A stretch of DNA of 63,666 bases, counting the filler, from Chiloscyllium plagiosum (taxonomy: Eukaryota): assembly GCF_004010195.1 (NCBI RefSeq). It is 4 parts of one record of this genome, joined end to end, with 100 filler letters (N's around TTAATTAATTAA, not from the genome) between each part and the next. Parts side by side here need not be neighbours in the genome. Positions count along the whole stretch, not along the records: positions 13,605 to 31,450 come from NC_057712.1; positions 31,551 to 60,733 come from NC_057712.1; 2 more parts are not named here. One strand, written 5' to 3'. Every line of letters starts with the position of its first letter. Positions within the stretch are counted from its first letter, which is position 1. This document shows positions 25,801 through 39,300 of this stretch, one piece after another. The notes beneath the pieces were generated by a model. The model was not told the DNA's origin. It ran no database searches and saw nothing but the letters and a program-made list of their open reading frames with translations. Both the position numbers and the translations under genes were made by a program.

Positions 25801-28800
25801 AGCAAGGAATGTAATGTTATGGCTGACGAGAAGTGCACAGACAGTGAGATCAACATTACATTTAAAATTTGTCAGGCCCATTCAGCAGTAACAGCAGGGA
25901 AAAAGCTGTACTTGAATCTGTTTGTACATGTATAGAAAATTCTTTATCTTCTGCCCAATGGAAGAAAGTGGAAGAGAGTATAATCGGAGTGGGAGGGATC
26001 TTTGATGATGTTGGTTGCTTTCCTGAAGCAGCAGGAAGTATAGATGGAGTTAATGGAAGGAAGGTTGATTTACGTGATGGACTGGGCTGTGTTCACAACT
26101 CTTTGTAGTTTCTTGGGGTCTTGGGAAAAATAGTTGCCATTCTATGTTGTGATGCATCCAGGTAGGATGCTTTCTATGGTGCACCTATAAAGAGTAAGAG
26201 TCCTTGTGGACATGCCACACTGTTCTGAGCAGTGTGTTCAATTTCAACAATGAACATTAACTAGGAGGTATATGTACTGACCTTGCCTTCACAGTTAATA
26301 ATAAATATGACATTGTTTTCAAAGAATAACAGGCAACGGTCTTCATCGCGAGTTACTGACAGTGTGAGCCTAATTCTCAAGAATTGGATGGGCCTGACGA
26401 TGATATGATGTTGCCTGTCCTTTGTCAGGTGAATGAGCTTGCAACATCACTTCAAAGATCGCTATGAGTCAAAGGCTAAGGAAAGCACTGGAGTCCCATG
26501 AAGAAAACTTGTATCTTTCTCATATTCTCAGTGTCCCAAAGTGTCCTTCAGCCAACAAAGTCGTTGCGAATTGTTGTTACCTTTGGAAAGGTAGTCGCCA
26601 ATTGCCACATAGCAAGATCTCACAAACAGTATTGTGATAATATGCAGATAATCTGTTTGTTGAATTTTAGTTGAGGGGCAACTTACGAAAAGTAGCGGTG
26701 CAGACTAATAAGACCATAAGACCAATTAGGCAAACCGGCGCTTAAAATCATGACAAGAAATGTTTTTAAAATGTAGAAAAGTTATGTAAAACTTGTAAGG
26801 AATACTTTCAAAGCATATTTTGAACACTGAATAGTTCTGGAAAGAAAAGAAAATATAGTCATTGCAGAAGGTACAAAAGAAAGATACTAAAATGGTACCA
26901 GAATTGAGGTATTATGATCATGAGGGAACAGCAACAATTTAGATAATGCCTTTAACATAATGAAAGATCTCAAGATGCTTTATAGGAGCATTGTAAATTG
27001 ACATACAACACCGAGCCACAATAGGTTAGATGATGAAAAGTTTGGTCAAAGAGCTAGTATTTGTGGAATGTCTTGAAGAGGAAAGCGAAAAAGAGAGATG
27101 TGGAGGTGTAGGGAGGAGTTTTTAAACTGGAACTCTGAGAATCTCAAGTGACATGAGACAGCAGCCAGTAATTGGGAGAACGCAGGGTCAGAATTAGAGG
27201 AGCATAGATACCTTGGAGGAATGAGGGATTTGAGGAGATGACTAAGCTAGGCCATAGAGGGATTTCAATATGGATTTTAGGGGCCACATTTCATCCCCCG
27301 CTCATACACTCATGGGTGTCTCAATCTTCGAGAAAGCAAAACAGCTATTCCACTGCCATTTCTTAATAGACTAGGGATAAGACCTTTGCCCCTCGAGGGC
27401 AGGATGTACCACTTCAGAAAGTTGCTATCCTGGTACACTCACTTCCTCTCGGGCCTTCAGGAGTTGGACTAGTTCACAACTTTGCGAGTGGTTTGAGATC
27501 TTTCCAGGCGCCAGGCTGACAGACCCAGTACAGAGGGTGGGTTTTGAGAAACAGGGGAATCAGGGGCAGGTCATATTATAATTGTTGCAGGGTCCACTAA
27601 AGAGGAAGTCCACACCCATTGCCAGGGGATCATGCCAAACAGGCATTGTCCTCTACCTGCGTGAGCTAAATCCGATGATGATGTAGATATTTATTGACCT
27701 TTAGATAGATGGGCAGCTCAATACCATACATGCCCCTGGCAAGGGTAGATATGAGTGTAAAGGTATTTTCAGGGCCTAGGTTAATACTCGATGGACGTTT
27801 ATTCCATTCCTAATGTATGTCAGCTTGTAGAATTTAAATTGAAAGCTGGTTTGTGTAATGGTGATTGTGAAAATATCAACAATTGTTGTTAAAAAACCAT
27901 CTCATTCACTATTGCTCTTGAGGGAAGGAAAACAAGCTGCTCAGTTCAGTTCAAGGGCAATTCAAGATACTAGCAAAGCCATTAACTTGTTGCTCAGGGA
28001 CATAAGGAGAGAATCTAATTGAATGCTCCAGTTCACAGTTGAGGTGAGTCCTGATGGGTAAGTCCAATACTTTATCTGGAGGACCCTTAACCTCCTTAAC
28101 TTCTTTCACAAGAGCACTCTTCCCGACTAACTCAGGTAGCTGCCCGATAAGATCATATGGTGGATCTTTAATCTCGTGAATGTCCATCACGGAAGATTGG
28201 CTCCATTGTTACCAACAAACACTTCCACCTGTGCAGAACCCTGGGCATTCAGGCTTGGCAATGTCTTTGACCATGTTCCGACTCTGTGGGTATGGGGCTG
28301 GCTTCCATGGATGTGTATGGAGCTCATCTCCATTTTACTCAGGCAAATCTTTACTCTCAATCCGTTGTTACATCTGAGTTGAAGGAAGCAAGCCCATTAC
28401 TTCAACGAGTTGATAAGGGGCTGAATGTCATTATTTGCCCTCTGTGGGAAGCTTGCTGGTGAAATAGATGCTTTCAAAGTCTCAGGTATGTCACTGTACT
28501 CTCACTGGCATTGATAATTCACTTTGAGAGACAATGGATTAAAATGTCCTTTGATGGTGACAGCAATGGTAAACATTTCCATCTGTCCCGTAAAACCTGT
28601 AACATCCTTCCTTTGCTAGTCTCTTTTGCCTACACAAGTAATCTCAATCAATTTATTCATCTCTTTGGGTTCCACTTTGAGTCTAATCGAATTTACTGCT
28701 GGCTTTTCCTTGGTTGACATCAGTTTGTTTCTGAACCACTTGTTCGTGGGGAAATTCGTTGGAATTCTGCATCAACAAGGATGTTGAAGTTAAAACAAAT

Positions 28801-28914
28801 GTGCAGGTTCAAAGGTGAGGTGCATTGACTTCAAACCAGAGATGCCTTTTCAACTCTTATATGCCTTTTGCATTGCTTGTGACATCGTTTTAATCTTGAG
28901 ATGTTGTCGAAGGG

Positions 28915-29630
28915 TGTTGAAGGAGCAACAGGGACGAAGAGTACTGGGCAAATGGTAAGATTCTTGGTAGTATAGATGAGCAGAGAGATCTCGGTGTCCA
29001 GGTACACAGATCCTTGAAAGTTGCCACCCAGGTTGATAAGAGTTGTTAAGAAGGCATACGGTGTGTTAGCTTTTATCGATAGAGGGATTGAGTTTCGGAG
29101 CCACAAGGTCATGCTGCAGCTGTACAAAACTCTGGTGCGGCCGCACTTGGAGTATTGTGTAGTTCTGGTCATCGCATTATAGGAAGGATGTGGATACTTT
29201 GGAAAGGATTCAGAGGAGTTTTACGAGGATGTTGCCTGGTAGGGAGGAAAGGTCTTATGAGGAAAGGCTGAGGCTGTTTTTGTTAGAGAGAAGGAGGTTG
29301 AGAGGTGACTTAATTGAGACATATAAGATGATCAGAAGGCTAGATGGGTGGACAAGGAGAGCCCTTTTCCTCAGATGGTGATGGCTAGCACAAGGGAACA
29401 TAGCTTTAAATTGGGGGGTGATAGATATAGGACAGATGTCAGAGGTAGGTTCTTGGAGAGTAGTAGGGGCATGGAACGCCCTGCTAGCAAAAGTAGAAGA
29501 CTCGCCAAGTTTAAGGGCATTGAAATGGTCATTGGATAGGCATATGGATGAAAATGGAAAATTGTAGGTTAGATGGGCTTTAGATTGGTTTCACAGGTTA
29601 GCACAACATTGCTGTAATGTTCTATGTTCT
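28915..29630 (+). mobile_element. CR1 LINE 3' fragment
   Basis: ORF 29190..29381 LERIQRSFTRMLPG...RRRLRGDLIETYK; tail TGTAATGTTCTATGTTCT. Confidence 0.85.
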
Positions 29631-30009
29631 CAGGTGAACAATATACTTTCATCTTTGTCGGCTGTAGCTTCAGTTTTTTTCAACCATAGTCTACAGGATA
29701 TTGACACCCATTCCTGTATCAAGTTTAAAATGAACAGGTTGTCCATTGGCATAAAGAGGTTCGGTCAAATCTGAATCATTGGTATCCCCCGGAATGTTTC
29801 AAGTATCTTTTCTAATGAAAGAGGTTGTACTCTTTGTTTGATGAAGCATTTGACTTATTGTTGTTCTGAAAATGTGCGCTACTTCTACAGATCTTCTGGT
29901 GGTGATCTATACTGATTTATAAATGTAGCATTCCTCTGCCATGGCTGTGCCTTGTCTGCTGTTTTGCTGTTCTACAGCACTGGCACTGATTCCTGGTGTC
30001 TGTTGAAAC

Positions 30010-30485
30010 CCAGAAGAACTGCGGATGCTGGAAATCAGTAACAAACACAGCAATTGCTGGAAAAGCTTAGATTAGATTACTTACAGTGTGGAAACAGGCC
30101 CTTCGGCCCAACAAGTCCAAACCGACCCACCGAAGCGCAACCCACCCATACCCCTACATGTACCCCTTTTTACCTAACACTACGGACAATTTAGCATGGC
30201 CAATTCACCTGACCTGCACATCTTTGGACTGTGGGAGGAAACCGGAGCACCCGGAGGAAAACCACGCAGACACGGGGAGAATGTGCAAACTCCACACAGT
30301 CAGTCGCCTGAGTCGGGAATTGAACCCGGGTTCAGCAGGTCTGGTGGCATCTGTGAAGAGAAATCAGAGTTAACATTTTGGGTCCGGTCTGCTGTGAAGG
30401 GTCCCTCAACCTGAAATGTTAACTCTCATTTCTCCTTACAGAAGCTGCCAAACCTGCTGAGTTTTCCAGGTATATGTTGTTTGGC
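30010..30485. mobile_element. PLE family C fold-back element interrupted by an HE1 SINE (30069-30330)
   Basis: GATGCTGGAAATCAG...TTGCTGGAAAAGC resumes as TCAGCAGGTCTGGTGGCATCTGTG after the SINE, then turns back through a degenerate GAAGGGTC..CCTGAAATGTTAAC. Confidence 0.65.
30069..30330 (-). mobile_element. HE1-type V-SINE
   Basis: V-domain core and (TTAGA)n tail. Confidence 0.9.
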
Positions 30486-30548
30486 TTATTCTCTGTATTG
30501 ACTTGTCCCATGCTTCTTTACAGTGTCTGTCTGATATTAAGTTAATAG

Positions 30549-30795
30549 GTTTAGATTAGATTAGATTAGATTAGATTACAGTGTGGAAACAGGCCCTTCG
30601 GCCCAACAAGTCCACACCGACGCGTAACCCACCCATACCCCTACATTTACCCCTTACCTAACACTACGGGCAATTTAGCATGGCCAATTCACCTGACCTG
30701 CACATCTTTGGACTGTGGGAGGAAACCGGAGCACCCGGAGGAAACCCACACAGACACGGGGAGAATGTGCAAACTCCACACAGTGAGTCGCCTGA
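30549..30795 (-). mobile_element. HE1-type V-SINE, 5'-truncated, with (TTAGA)n tail
   Basis: Near-identical to 30069-30330. Confidence 0.9.
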
Positions 30796-31187
30796 AGTTC
30801 TATTGCTCTCATGAGGTAAGGCTATCAATCTCTTCTCAGTATCTAAGAAACAGTAAGAACAGTAAGACATGACAAAGACTCATCAAAAATTCCAACAGTA
30901 ATTTTATCGTTTGTAAGTTGTGAGTTCAAATGTCATTGCTACTGTTTTCTCCAAATCTTTAGGGTTTGTTGACAGGATCTAGCGATTCACCGAGAAGCTG
31001 AACACATCAGTTAAATTTTGTTTGTTTAAGCATATTGTTTGTCTTCAGATTAAAGTTATTCCCAAGATCTTTTAAAATGGTGTCAATAATATCTGGGTCT
31101 TCTTTGCCTTTTTTGGTGATTTATTCAATCATCCTGCTGTAGAATTTCCTGAGTACAATAATGTATTAGCTTGTTCAGTTTCATATT

Positions 31188-31404
31188 TAGAACATAGAAC
31201 ATAGAACATAGAACATAGAAGAATACAGCGCAGTACAGGCCCGTTGGCCCTCGATGTTGCGCCGATCCAAGCCGACCTAACCTACACTAGCCCACTATCC
31301 TCCATATGCCTATCCAATGCCCGCTTAAATGCCCATAATGAGGGAGAGTCCACCACTGCTACTGGCAGGGCAGTCCATGAACTCACGACTCGCTGAGTAA
31401 AGAA
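31188..31404 (-). mobile_element. CR1 3' end with (TAGAACA)n tail
   Basis: TAGAACA x4, then CAGCGCAGTACAGGCCCGTTGGCCCTCGATGTTGCGCCG. Confidence 0.8.
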
Positions 31405-31550
31405 AGGAGTTGAGAGTGTGGTGCTGGAATAGCACAGCAGGTCAGGCAGCNNNNNNNNNNNNNNNNNNNNNNNNNNNNNNNNNNNNNNNNNNNNTTAATT
31501 AATTAANNNNNNNNNNNNNNNNNNNNNNNNNNNNNNNNNNNNNNNNNNNN

Positions 31551-31816
31551 CAAACTTCCAGCTCAGCACTGTCCCCATGACTTGTCCTTCATCTCCTCCC
31601 CCACGCACCCATTGTACTCTATGCTACTCTCACCCCACCCCCACCCTCCTCTAGCTTATCTCTCCACGCTTCAGGCTCACTGCCTTTATTCCTGATGAAG
31701 GGCTTTTGCCCGAAATGTCGATTTCGCTGCTCCTTGGATGCTGCCTGAACTGCTGTGCTCTTCCAGCACCACTGATCCAGAATCTGGTTTCCAGCATCTG
31801 CAGTCCTTGTTTTTAC
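31551..31816 (+). mobile_element. PLE family A terminal region with hammerhead motif
   Basis: CTGATGAAGGGCTTTTGCCCGAAATGTC at 31692-31719. Confidence 0.8.
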
Positions 31817-32154
31817 CTGCGCTTTATCTCTGCCGTGTCAAGGAGATCAAACTGTGGGCAGATAGTACGATGGAGTGGATTGAGAGAAGTGCAGGTAAAT
31901 CACTGCTTCACCTGGAGAGTGTATCTCCCCACCCAGTGAACCTGTGCTCAGCCACAGCCAGGCTCTCAAGGTACCTTCGCACCTTCCTGTTAAAGTAATG
32001 AATTATAGGTCTGGACCTGATGGCCAAGGAAGGTGCATTCATATTTAAAAGGGACCCAGGGGTGGGGTGGGGGCAACCTTTTCATGCAGAGGGTGGTGCA
32101 TGTATGGAATGAGCTGCCACAGGAAGTGATGGAGGCTGGTACAATTACATTTAA

Positions 32155-32325
32155 AAGTTAAAAAGAGCACAACACCAGGTTAGAGTCCAACAGGTATGAG
32201 CAATCACCTGATGAAGGAGCAGCGCTCCAAAAGCTAGTGCTTCCAAATAAACCTGTTGGACTCTAACCTGGTGCCATGTGCTTTTTAACTTTGTCCACCC
32301 CAGTCCAGCACTGGCTCCTCCACAA
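32155..32325 (+). mobile_element. Family B fold-back element inside a CR1 3' fragment (32045-32445)
   Basis: Inverted arms AAGTTAAAAAGAGCAC..CCAGGTTAGAGTCCAACAGG; hammerhead-like CACCTGATGAAGGAGCAGCGCTCCAAAAGCTAGTG (core 32208-32236, G12 mutated to A). Confidence 0.75.
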
Positions 32326-32914
32326 CGTTTAAAAAGTATCTGGATGGGTATATGGATAGGAAGGGTTTATAGGGAGATGGGCCAAGTGCTGGCAGGTTGG
32401 ACCACAGGGTCTGTTTCTGTGCTGTACAGCCCTATGACTCTATGACTGGAAAAATCAAGGCAGTGGCAGGCAGTAAGAGTGGGAAAGATGCCAAGTTAGT
32501 TGAATAATTCAAGGAACTTGGAGCCTTAGTCAGTGCTATCTGTAACTCTGGGTTACATACAGGTAAACTCTAATGCTGCCACAGCAACCTGGGCTCCTTG
32601 TAAGGGCTTTTGCCTGAAACGTCGATTTTCCTGCTCCTCGGTTTCTGCCTGACCTGAATTTGAATTCAATAAGAATTTAATGATGACCATGAACCCGTTG
32701 TTGAATGTTTGGAAAAGCCCATCTGGTTCTCTAATGGCCTTGAGGGAAGGAAACTGCCACCCTTATCTAGTCTGGACTACATGTGGCTGACTCACAGCTG
32801 TTATCTGGGTAATAAATGTTGGTCCAGCCTGTGATGCCCACATCCTGTGAATTTATTTAAAAAAGTGACGTTCACTTTCAGATATGCAAAGAATCTTATT
32901 CACTGCATATAAAC

Positions 32915-34005
32915 CAATCATCTCAGCTCCAGGACATCTCTGCAGGAGACCCTCAGGGCAGTGTCCCAGGCCCAACCATCTTCAGCTGGTTCACCAATGA
33001 CCTTCCTTCCATTGTGAGGTCGGAAGTGGGGATGTTCGCTGATGATTACACAACGTTCAACACCATTCGCAACTCCTCAGATACCAAAGCAGTCCGGGTT
33101 CAAATGCAGCAAAACCCCAACAATATCCAAAATTAAAAGTGGTACGTGTTGGAGAAATTGAGCGGATCTGGTAGCATCTGTAGAGAGAGAAAAACAGAAT
33201 TAACGTTTCAAATCTGACATGAGTCTTCTTGAGAATACATCATATCTTGCTTTGGATTGACCAGTGACAATCAACATTCTCACCACACAAATGCCAGGTA
33301 ATGATCATCTCCAATAACAGACAATCTAACCACCACCCCTTCTCATTCCATGGCAAAACCATCAATGTATCCCCCACTACTGACATTCTGGGAGTCATCA
33401 TTGGCCAAAAACAGGACTCACCACATAAACACAGGCTACAAGAGCACGTCAGAAGCTAACAATCCTGCAGTAAATAACTTCATTCCTCACTCCCCAAACC
33501 CTGTCCACCATCTACTAGGCACAAGTCAGGAGTGTGATGGAATACTTCCCACTTGCCTGGATGGGTGCAGCTAAACAACACTCAAGAAGCTCAACACTAT
33601 CCAGGACAAAGCAGTCTGCTGGATTAACACCACACCCACAAGCATCCATTCCCTCACCACCGACACTCAGTAGCAGCAGTGTGTTACCGTCTACAAGATC
33701 CACTGCAGAAATTCACCAAACTTCCTCAGACAGCACATTCCAAATCCATGACCACTTCCGTCTAGAAGGACAAGGCTAGCAGATACATGGGAATACACCA
33801 GCTGCAAATTCCCCTGTAACTCACTGTCCTGAGTTGGAAATATCTCACCGTTCCTTCACTATCACTGAGTCCCAGTCCTGGAATTGTCTCCCTAATGACA
33901 TTCTGATCAACCTACTCCACATGGACTCAAGCATTTTAAAGAGACAGCTCACCACCATGTTGTCAAGCATTAACTAGGGATGGGCAATAAACATTGCATG
34001 TATTC
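32915..34005 (+). mobile_element. CR1/L2-group LINE (second family), RT region to 3' end
   Basis: PQGSVPGPTIFSWFTNDLPSIVRSEVGMFADD frame; tail CTAGGGATGGGCAATAAA. Other copies at ~37600-38790, ~39395-40045 and ~47950-49035. Confidence 0.75.
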
Positions 34006-34019
34006 CATGAATTAATATA

Positions 34020-34191
34020 GTTAAAAATCACACAACACCAGGTTACAGTCAAACAGGTTTATTCGAAAGTACAAGCTTTCAAAGGGCTGCTTGGAGCCAA
34101 CTATGCTTCCAAATAAACCTGTTGGACTATAACCTGGCGTTGTGTGATTTTTAACTTTGCACACCCCAGTCCAACACCAGCATCTCCACTT
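34020..34191 (+). mobile_element. Family B fold-back element
   Basis: GTTAAAAATCACACAACACCAGGTTA.../...TAACCTGGCGTTGTGTGATTTTTAAC; apparent TSD CATGAATTAA (34006-34015 / 34192-34201). Confidence 0.75.
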
Positions 34192-34246
34192 CATGAATTA
34201 AAAATGAAAGGTGTGTTATTAACGGCAATATATGTCATGCCACCAA

Positions 34247-34555
34247 GGGCAGCACGGGTGGCTCACAGCACTAGGGACCCGGGTTCGATTCCAGCCTCGG
34301 GTGACTGTCTGCGTGGTGTTTGCACGTTCTCCCCATGGCTGGGTGGGTTTCCTCCGGGTGCTCTGGTTTCCTCCCACAGTCTGACGATGTGCTGGTTAGC
34401 TGGATTGGCCAGACTAAATTGCCCATCGTGTTCAGGGATGTGCAAGTTAGGTGCATTAGTCAGAGGGAAATAGGTCTGGGTGGGTTACTCTTCAGAGGGT
34501 AGGTGTGGACTTGCTGGGCCAAAGGGCCTGTTTCCACACTGTAGGGATTCTAATT
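34247..34555 (+). mobile_element. HE1-type V-SINE
   Basis: tRNA head, V core and tail GGGCCTGTTTCCACACTGTAGGGATTCTA. Further copies at 37012-37281 (+), 40980-41390 (-), 50629-50755 (-) and 54744-55050 (+). Confidence 0.9.
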
Positions 34556-35327
34556 CTTTAGGTAGAAAAACATAATCAACAAAGGACTGTGGGCATCTTC
34601 ATCTGTTTGTGGGACAATTGTTTATATAATTCTTGAGGGACACCACTCCATAAGTGTGGGGAAATGCAAGAAGGTAGGGCCTGCACAAGGTTGCAGGGGT
34701 GGGGTTTAACCTTTTCTCTTGACATCATTCCAGTTGTTTAAACAAACTAAGACCCCAATGTGTTCACTGAGTGTGATCATGTTGATCACAGATACAGAGG
34801 GTGCGTTGTTCTTGATATTAAACACAGGGTATGGCATTTGCAACAATAGACAAAGGCATTGCTAATCACTCTGTTGTATCTGGATGATGTGATGTTCTTT
34901 ATCATGTGGACAGGATGTGATGATCTCTGACACGTATAGGCTGAGCTGCTCTCTGATGTATTACTGAAACGCAATTCTGCGGAGCATACACTGGGTGCGC
35001 TGTTGTCTATGGTATACAGAGGCTGTGTAAGTGGCTACAACATGGACATGTCTTCCTCTCAAGTCTAATACACCCACGTTCTTCCATTCTTTATAAGCTG
35101 CGGAATCGTTTCTGAAGCAGGGGAGACAAAATATGGTGTTCAGTAATGAACTAGTGTTCATTACACCCAGAGTAGTCTATAGATTTGCTCAGGCCTCCAC
35201 TCCTGAGTTCTCAGATTGTGGACGAAGCCACAAGCTAAGATTGGAAGCCTTGGTTCCAGAAGGTTGCTGAGAAAGGCGGAGGCTCCTCAGGTCGAGATGA
35301 GATGAAGCCGGAATAGGCAGGTTGAGA

Positions 35328-35516
35328 GTGAGTCGAAGAGTGTGGCGCTGGAAAAGCACAGCAGGTCAGGCAGCATCCGAGGAGCAGGAGTGTTGATGTT
35401 TCGAGCTTAAACCCTTCATCAGGAAGGCCTGACGAAAGGCTTATGCTCAAGGATTCCTGATGAAGGGCTTTTGCCCGAAATGTCAATTTTCCTGCTCCTC
35501 GGATGCTGCCTGACCA
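35328..35516. mobile_element. PLE family A fold-back element with hammerhead motifs on both strands
   Basis: Minus motif at ~35394-35422, a partial extra motif CTGACGAAAGGCTTATGCTC at ~35429, and plus motif CTGATGAAGGGCTTTTGCCCGAAATGTC at 35457-35484. Confidence 0.8.
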
Positions 35517-35849
35517 GTCTTTAAACCTGCTGACCTAACCCGGGGTCTGGCCTGCATTGAGTCCAGACCCTCGGCAATGTGCTTGATGCCGCAGTGCAAA
35601 CCACTCAGTACAGGGGTAATTAGGGATGGGTAGCGATCGCTGCCTTAGCCAGGGAGGCCCCCAGCTCACGTATGGATATTGAAGAACCTCAGTTGAGGAT
35701 ATAAGAGCAGAGGATCAGCCTCCAGTGCCAGGGCACAGGGTCTCAGGAAGTACAGATTTTCACCACAAAATCACTGTGCCAGCCACCTCCCAAACGCGCC
35801 ATGTGTAGACACACTGCCGGCTGCCAGTCAGATACCACAGTGCTCGGGC

Positions 35850-35975
35850 ATCGGAGGAAGGGCGCTGTGCAAGTGGCAATGCACGTGCCCTCAGATCAGC
35901 TGGAAATTCAACCAGCTCAACATTCAGCTCGTATTTGACCCCCCCCCCCATCCCGAGCATCACGTTCTGCTAGCT
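35850..35975 (+). mobile_element. Possible Harbinger transposase relic
   Basis: VQVAMHVPSDQ / FNQLNIQLVFD resemble HVAIRAP...FHSLNVQLVCD; heavily decayed. Confidence 0.3.
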
Positions 35976-36014
35976 GCTACCATCCACTCCTTCTGCGAGG
36001 GTGAGATCACTCAC

Positions 36015-36355
36015 AGGCTGGGGCTGTTTTCCCTGCAGTGTTGGAGGCTGAGGGGTGACCTTATAGAGGTTTATAAAATCATGAGGGGCATGGATAGGGT
36101 AAATAGACAAGATCTCTTCCCTAGGGTGGGAGATTCCCACGTGTATGGAATGAGCTGCCAGAGGATGTGGTGGAGGCTTGTACAATTGCAACATTTAAAA
36201 GGCATCTGGATGGGTAGATGAATAGGAAGGGTTTGGAGGAATATGGGCCAAGTGTTGGCAAATGGGATTAGATTGGGTTGGGATATCTGGTCGGCATGGA
36301 CGGGTTGGACCGAAGGGTCTGTTTCCATGCTGTACATCTCTATGACTCTATGACA
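36015..36355 (+). mobile_element. CR1 LINE 3' fragment with internal deletion
   Basis: GGCTGAGGGGTGACCTTATAGAGG...ATCTCTATGACTCTATGAC. Confidence 0.85.
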
Positions 36356-39300
36356 CCTCCTAACAGAGTCGCTCCTAATAGAAGCTTCCTGCCTCTCTGT
36401 CACCACTGTTTGTCACTTGTTCCTTTCCATCTGGTCACCCTCAGCATCAGTCCCTCTCACACCCCCGCCCTTTTGCATTTTGTGGCCACTTGACAGGTTC
36501 CCTCTTCACTAGATACTGCCAGATCCTCTGAGGGGGATTGTTTTCCCCAGGCCATCTCTGTTCTTATTCTCAAGATGATTCCCATGGACACTGCTCCTCC
36601 CCCAGCCAGTCCCAGTAATAATGACGAGGAGAGATACATGGTGGGTCATTGAACAACGCACTCAGTCGCTGAAGATGTGGTTCTGGTTCTGTAGATAGAT
36701 CCCGGACATATCTCTATGGTCCCTTCAGGTCAGGGAAGGCGAGTGTGACAAACCACCTTCAAGCACCAGCCATCACAGTCTGTCTCCCCCCAGCGTTCAC
36801 CTGCACAGCAGCCCCTCAGAATAAGGTGCCCAGTAGCTCAGCACCTTCCCCTCTCTCGTGCCACCTCACTTTCACCTGGACAGCTGGTTGGTGTGCCATC
36901 TCTCATCCACCCCCCGCAACTTGTGCTATCCCATCTCACTTCTCACGTTCAGGACACCGTCACTGCTTCTCCCATGCAGCAAAATGATCAGAATGCTCAG
37001 TCCCCAGACACCTTGGCTTAGTGGTTAGCACTGCTGCCTCACACTGCCAGGGACCTAAGTTCGATTCTGTCTGTGTGGAGTTTGCACGTACTCCCCGGGT
37101 CTGTGTGGGTTTCCTCCAGGTGCTCTGGCTTTCTCCAACAGTCCAAAGATGTGCAGGTTAGGTGGATTAGCAATAGGAAATACAGGGTTACAGGGATAGG
37201 GTAGGGGGATGGGCCTGGATGGGATTCTCTTCAGAGGGTCAGTGTGGGCCGAATGGCCTGTTTCTACACTGTAGGGATTCTGTGAAGGGCCAGGGTTGAT
37301 AGCCCTGCACTCAAAGCCATCCTGAGCACAACGGAGGCCATACTGGGTAAGGAGACGGAGTCCAGGGTCTTGAATGAGGATAGATGGGGGTCCTCCAATA
37401 ACCTGGAGACAGCATTAGGAAGTGCACTGTTATGTTCCCCAAGGGGGAACACTCTTTACAATTTCAGGAATTCTGTGTCTTGTATGCAGTTCTCCAATAC
37501 ACAAACAGGGTGCGCTGTTGCCTAAAACATACAGGATGCACTGTTCTCTGCATAACATACGTGTAATTCTCTTAAATTCTCTAGCAACTACCCGACAACG
37601 TGGAAAATTGCCCATATATGTCGAGTACACAAAAAACAGGACAAATCCGACCCGGCCAATTACCATCTACTCTCGACCATCAGTCAAGTGATGGAAGGTG
37701 TCATGAACAGAGCTATCAAGCAGCACCTGCTCAGCAATAACCTGCTCAGTGACGCCCAGTTTGGGTTCCTCCAGGACCACTCAGTTCCTGTCCTCATTAC
37801 AGCTTTGGTTCAAACATGGACAACAGAGCTGAATTCCAGAGGGGAGGCGAGAGTGACAGCCCTTAACATCATGGCTGCATTCGACTGAGGGAGGCATCAA
37901 GGAGCCCTCACAAAACCAGAATCAATGGCTATCAGGGCAAACTCTCTGCTGATTGGAGTCATACGTGGTACATAGGAAGATGGTCGTGGTTGTTGGAGGT
38001 CAGTCATCTCAGCTCCAGGATATCGAAGCAGAGGAGTTCCTCAAGGTAGTGTCCTAGGCCCAACCATCTTTAGCGGCTTCATCAATGACTTTCTCTCTGT
38101 CATCAGGTCAGATGTGGGGATGTTTGTCGATGATTGCACAATGTTCAGCACCATTCGTGACTCCTCAGATACTGAAACAGTCAGTGTTCAAATGCAGGAA
38201 GAGCTGGACAACATCCAGGTTTGGGTTGACACATGGCAAGTAAGTAAAGGTAAAGTCACCACAGACGTACCCGACCAGAGAGCTACTTTCTCATTAGACA
38301 GAGTCAACTGCTGGCGGATTAACCAGAAAGTCACCACACCTCAGGTGAGGGAAGAGGTTGGAAATCAAGCCCATGCTGTTGGCATCACTGGTCAGCGATC
38401 TAGCCTAATGGGCCGAATGGGCTTACTTCCACTCCTATGTCTTATGGTCTTATGGTCTAATGAGCTACCCATGACATACATACCACACGAATGCCAGGCA
38501 ATAGCTACCTCCAATAAGAGAGACTCTAACCACATTGACATTCAATGGGGTTACTGTCACTGAACCTCCCCACTGTCAACATCCTGGGAGGGGCGTGTGG
38601 GGAGGTGGGGGTGGTTACCATTGACTCAAAATTGAACAGGACTCACAATATAAACAGAGTGGCTACAGTATCAGTCGGAGACTAGGAGTAATGCAGGAAG
38701 TACTCACCCCCTGACTCCCCAGTGCATGTCCATCATCTACAAGGCACACGTCAGGAGTGTGTTGGAAAACCCCCTACTTGTCCAGGTGGTGCATCCCCAC
38801 CAACATGAGCAAATTGTCTGATGAGGAAAGGTTGCAAAAACTGGGTTTGTTGAAAAGAATGTGGGGTGATTTTGGTGATGTGACCAACATCCTGAATGGT
38901 CCTGACAAGGTAGATATTGAAAGAATGTTTCCTGTTGTGTTAGAGTCCAGAGCTGGTAACAACAGCTAATGTGGTTCCTCTGCTCACAAAGAGCAGCAGG
39001 GGTTGGCCAAGTAACTTCAGAACCAGTCACTCTGAAGTCAGGTCAGGAAATAGTTGGAAAAAAGTCTGAAGGACACGATTAGTCAACATTTGAAAAGGCA
39101 GTGATTGATCAGGTATAGTCAGCATGGATTTGTTCAAGGGAAATCCTGTCTGACTAATCTAACTGAGTTGTTTGATGTGGTTTACATGGACTTAATAAGT
39201 CCTTTAACAAGGTGCCACAGGGAAGGCTGGTCCAAAAGCTGAGAGCCCATGGGACGCAGGATGAGAACTTAAAATGCTAGGCCACTGCTGGCTACAGACC

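Larger units (their letters stand above)
28400..31187 (-). mobile_element. Ancient Gypsy-type LTR retrotransposon internal relic (gag and protease), split by later insertions
   Basis: Minus frames: ILKDLGNNFNLKTN..KFN*CVQLLGESLD and NDKITVGIFDESLS (gag-like, ~31100-30860); ANGQPVHFKLDTGMGVNIL (aspartic protease DTG at 29712-29723). Left boundary uncertain. Confidence 0.55.

Noticed and set aside
27280..27830. Possible second Gypsy protease-region relic (LAMGVDFLFSG)
   Set aside because: Only one weak motif; cannot be supported without a profile search.
36500..36800. Possible Myb/SANT partner gene of a Harbinger element (also ~900-1560)
   Set aside because: Position is suggestive, but no convincing Trp-spaced motif survives.
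37430..37666. 78-aa minus-strand ORF
   Set aside because: Partly overlaps the antisense of a LINE fragment; no clear splice sites or homology.
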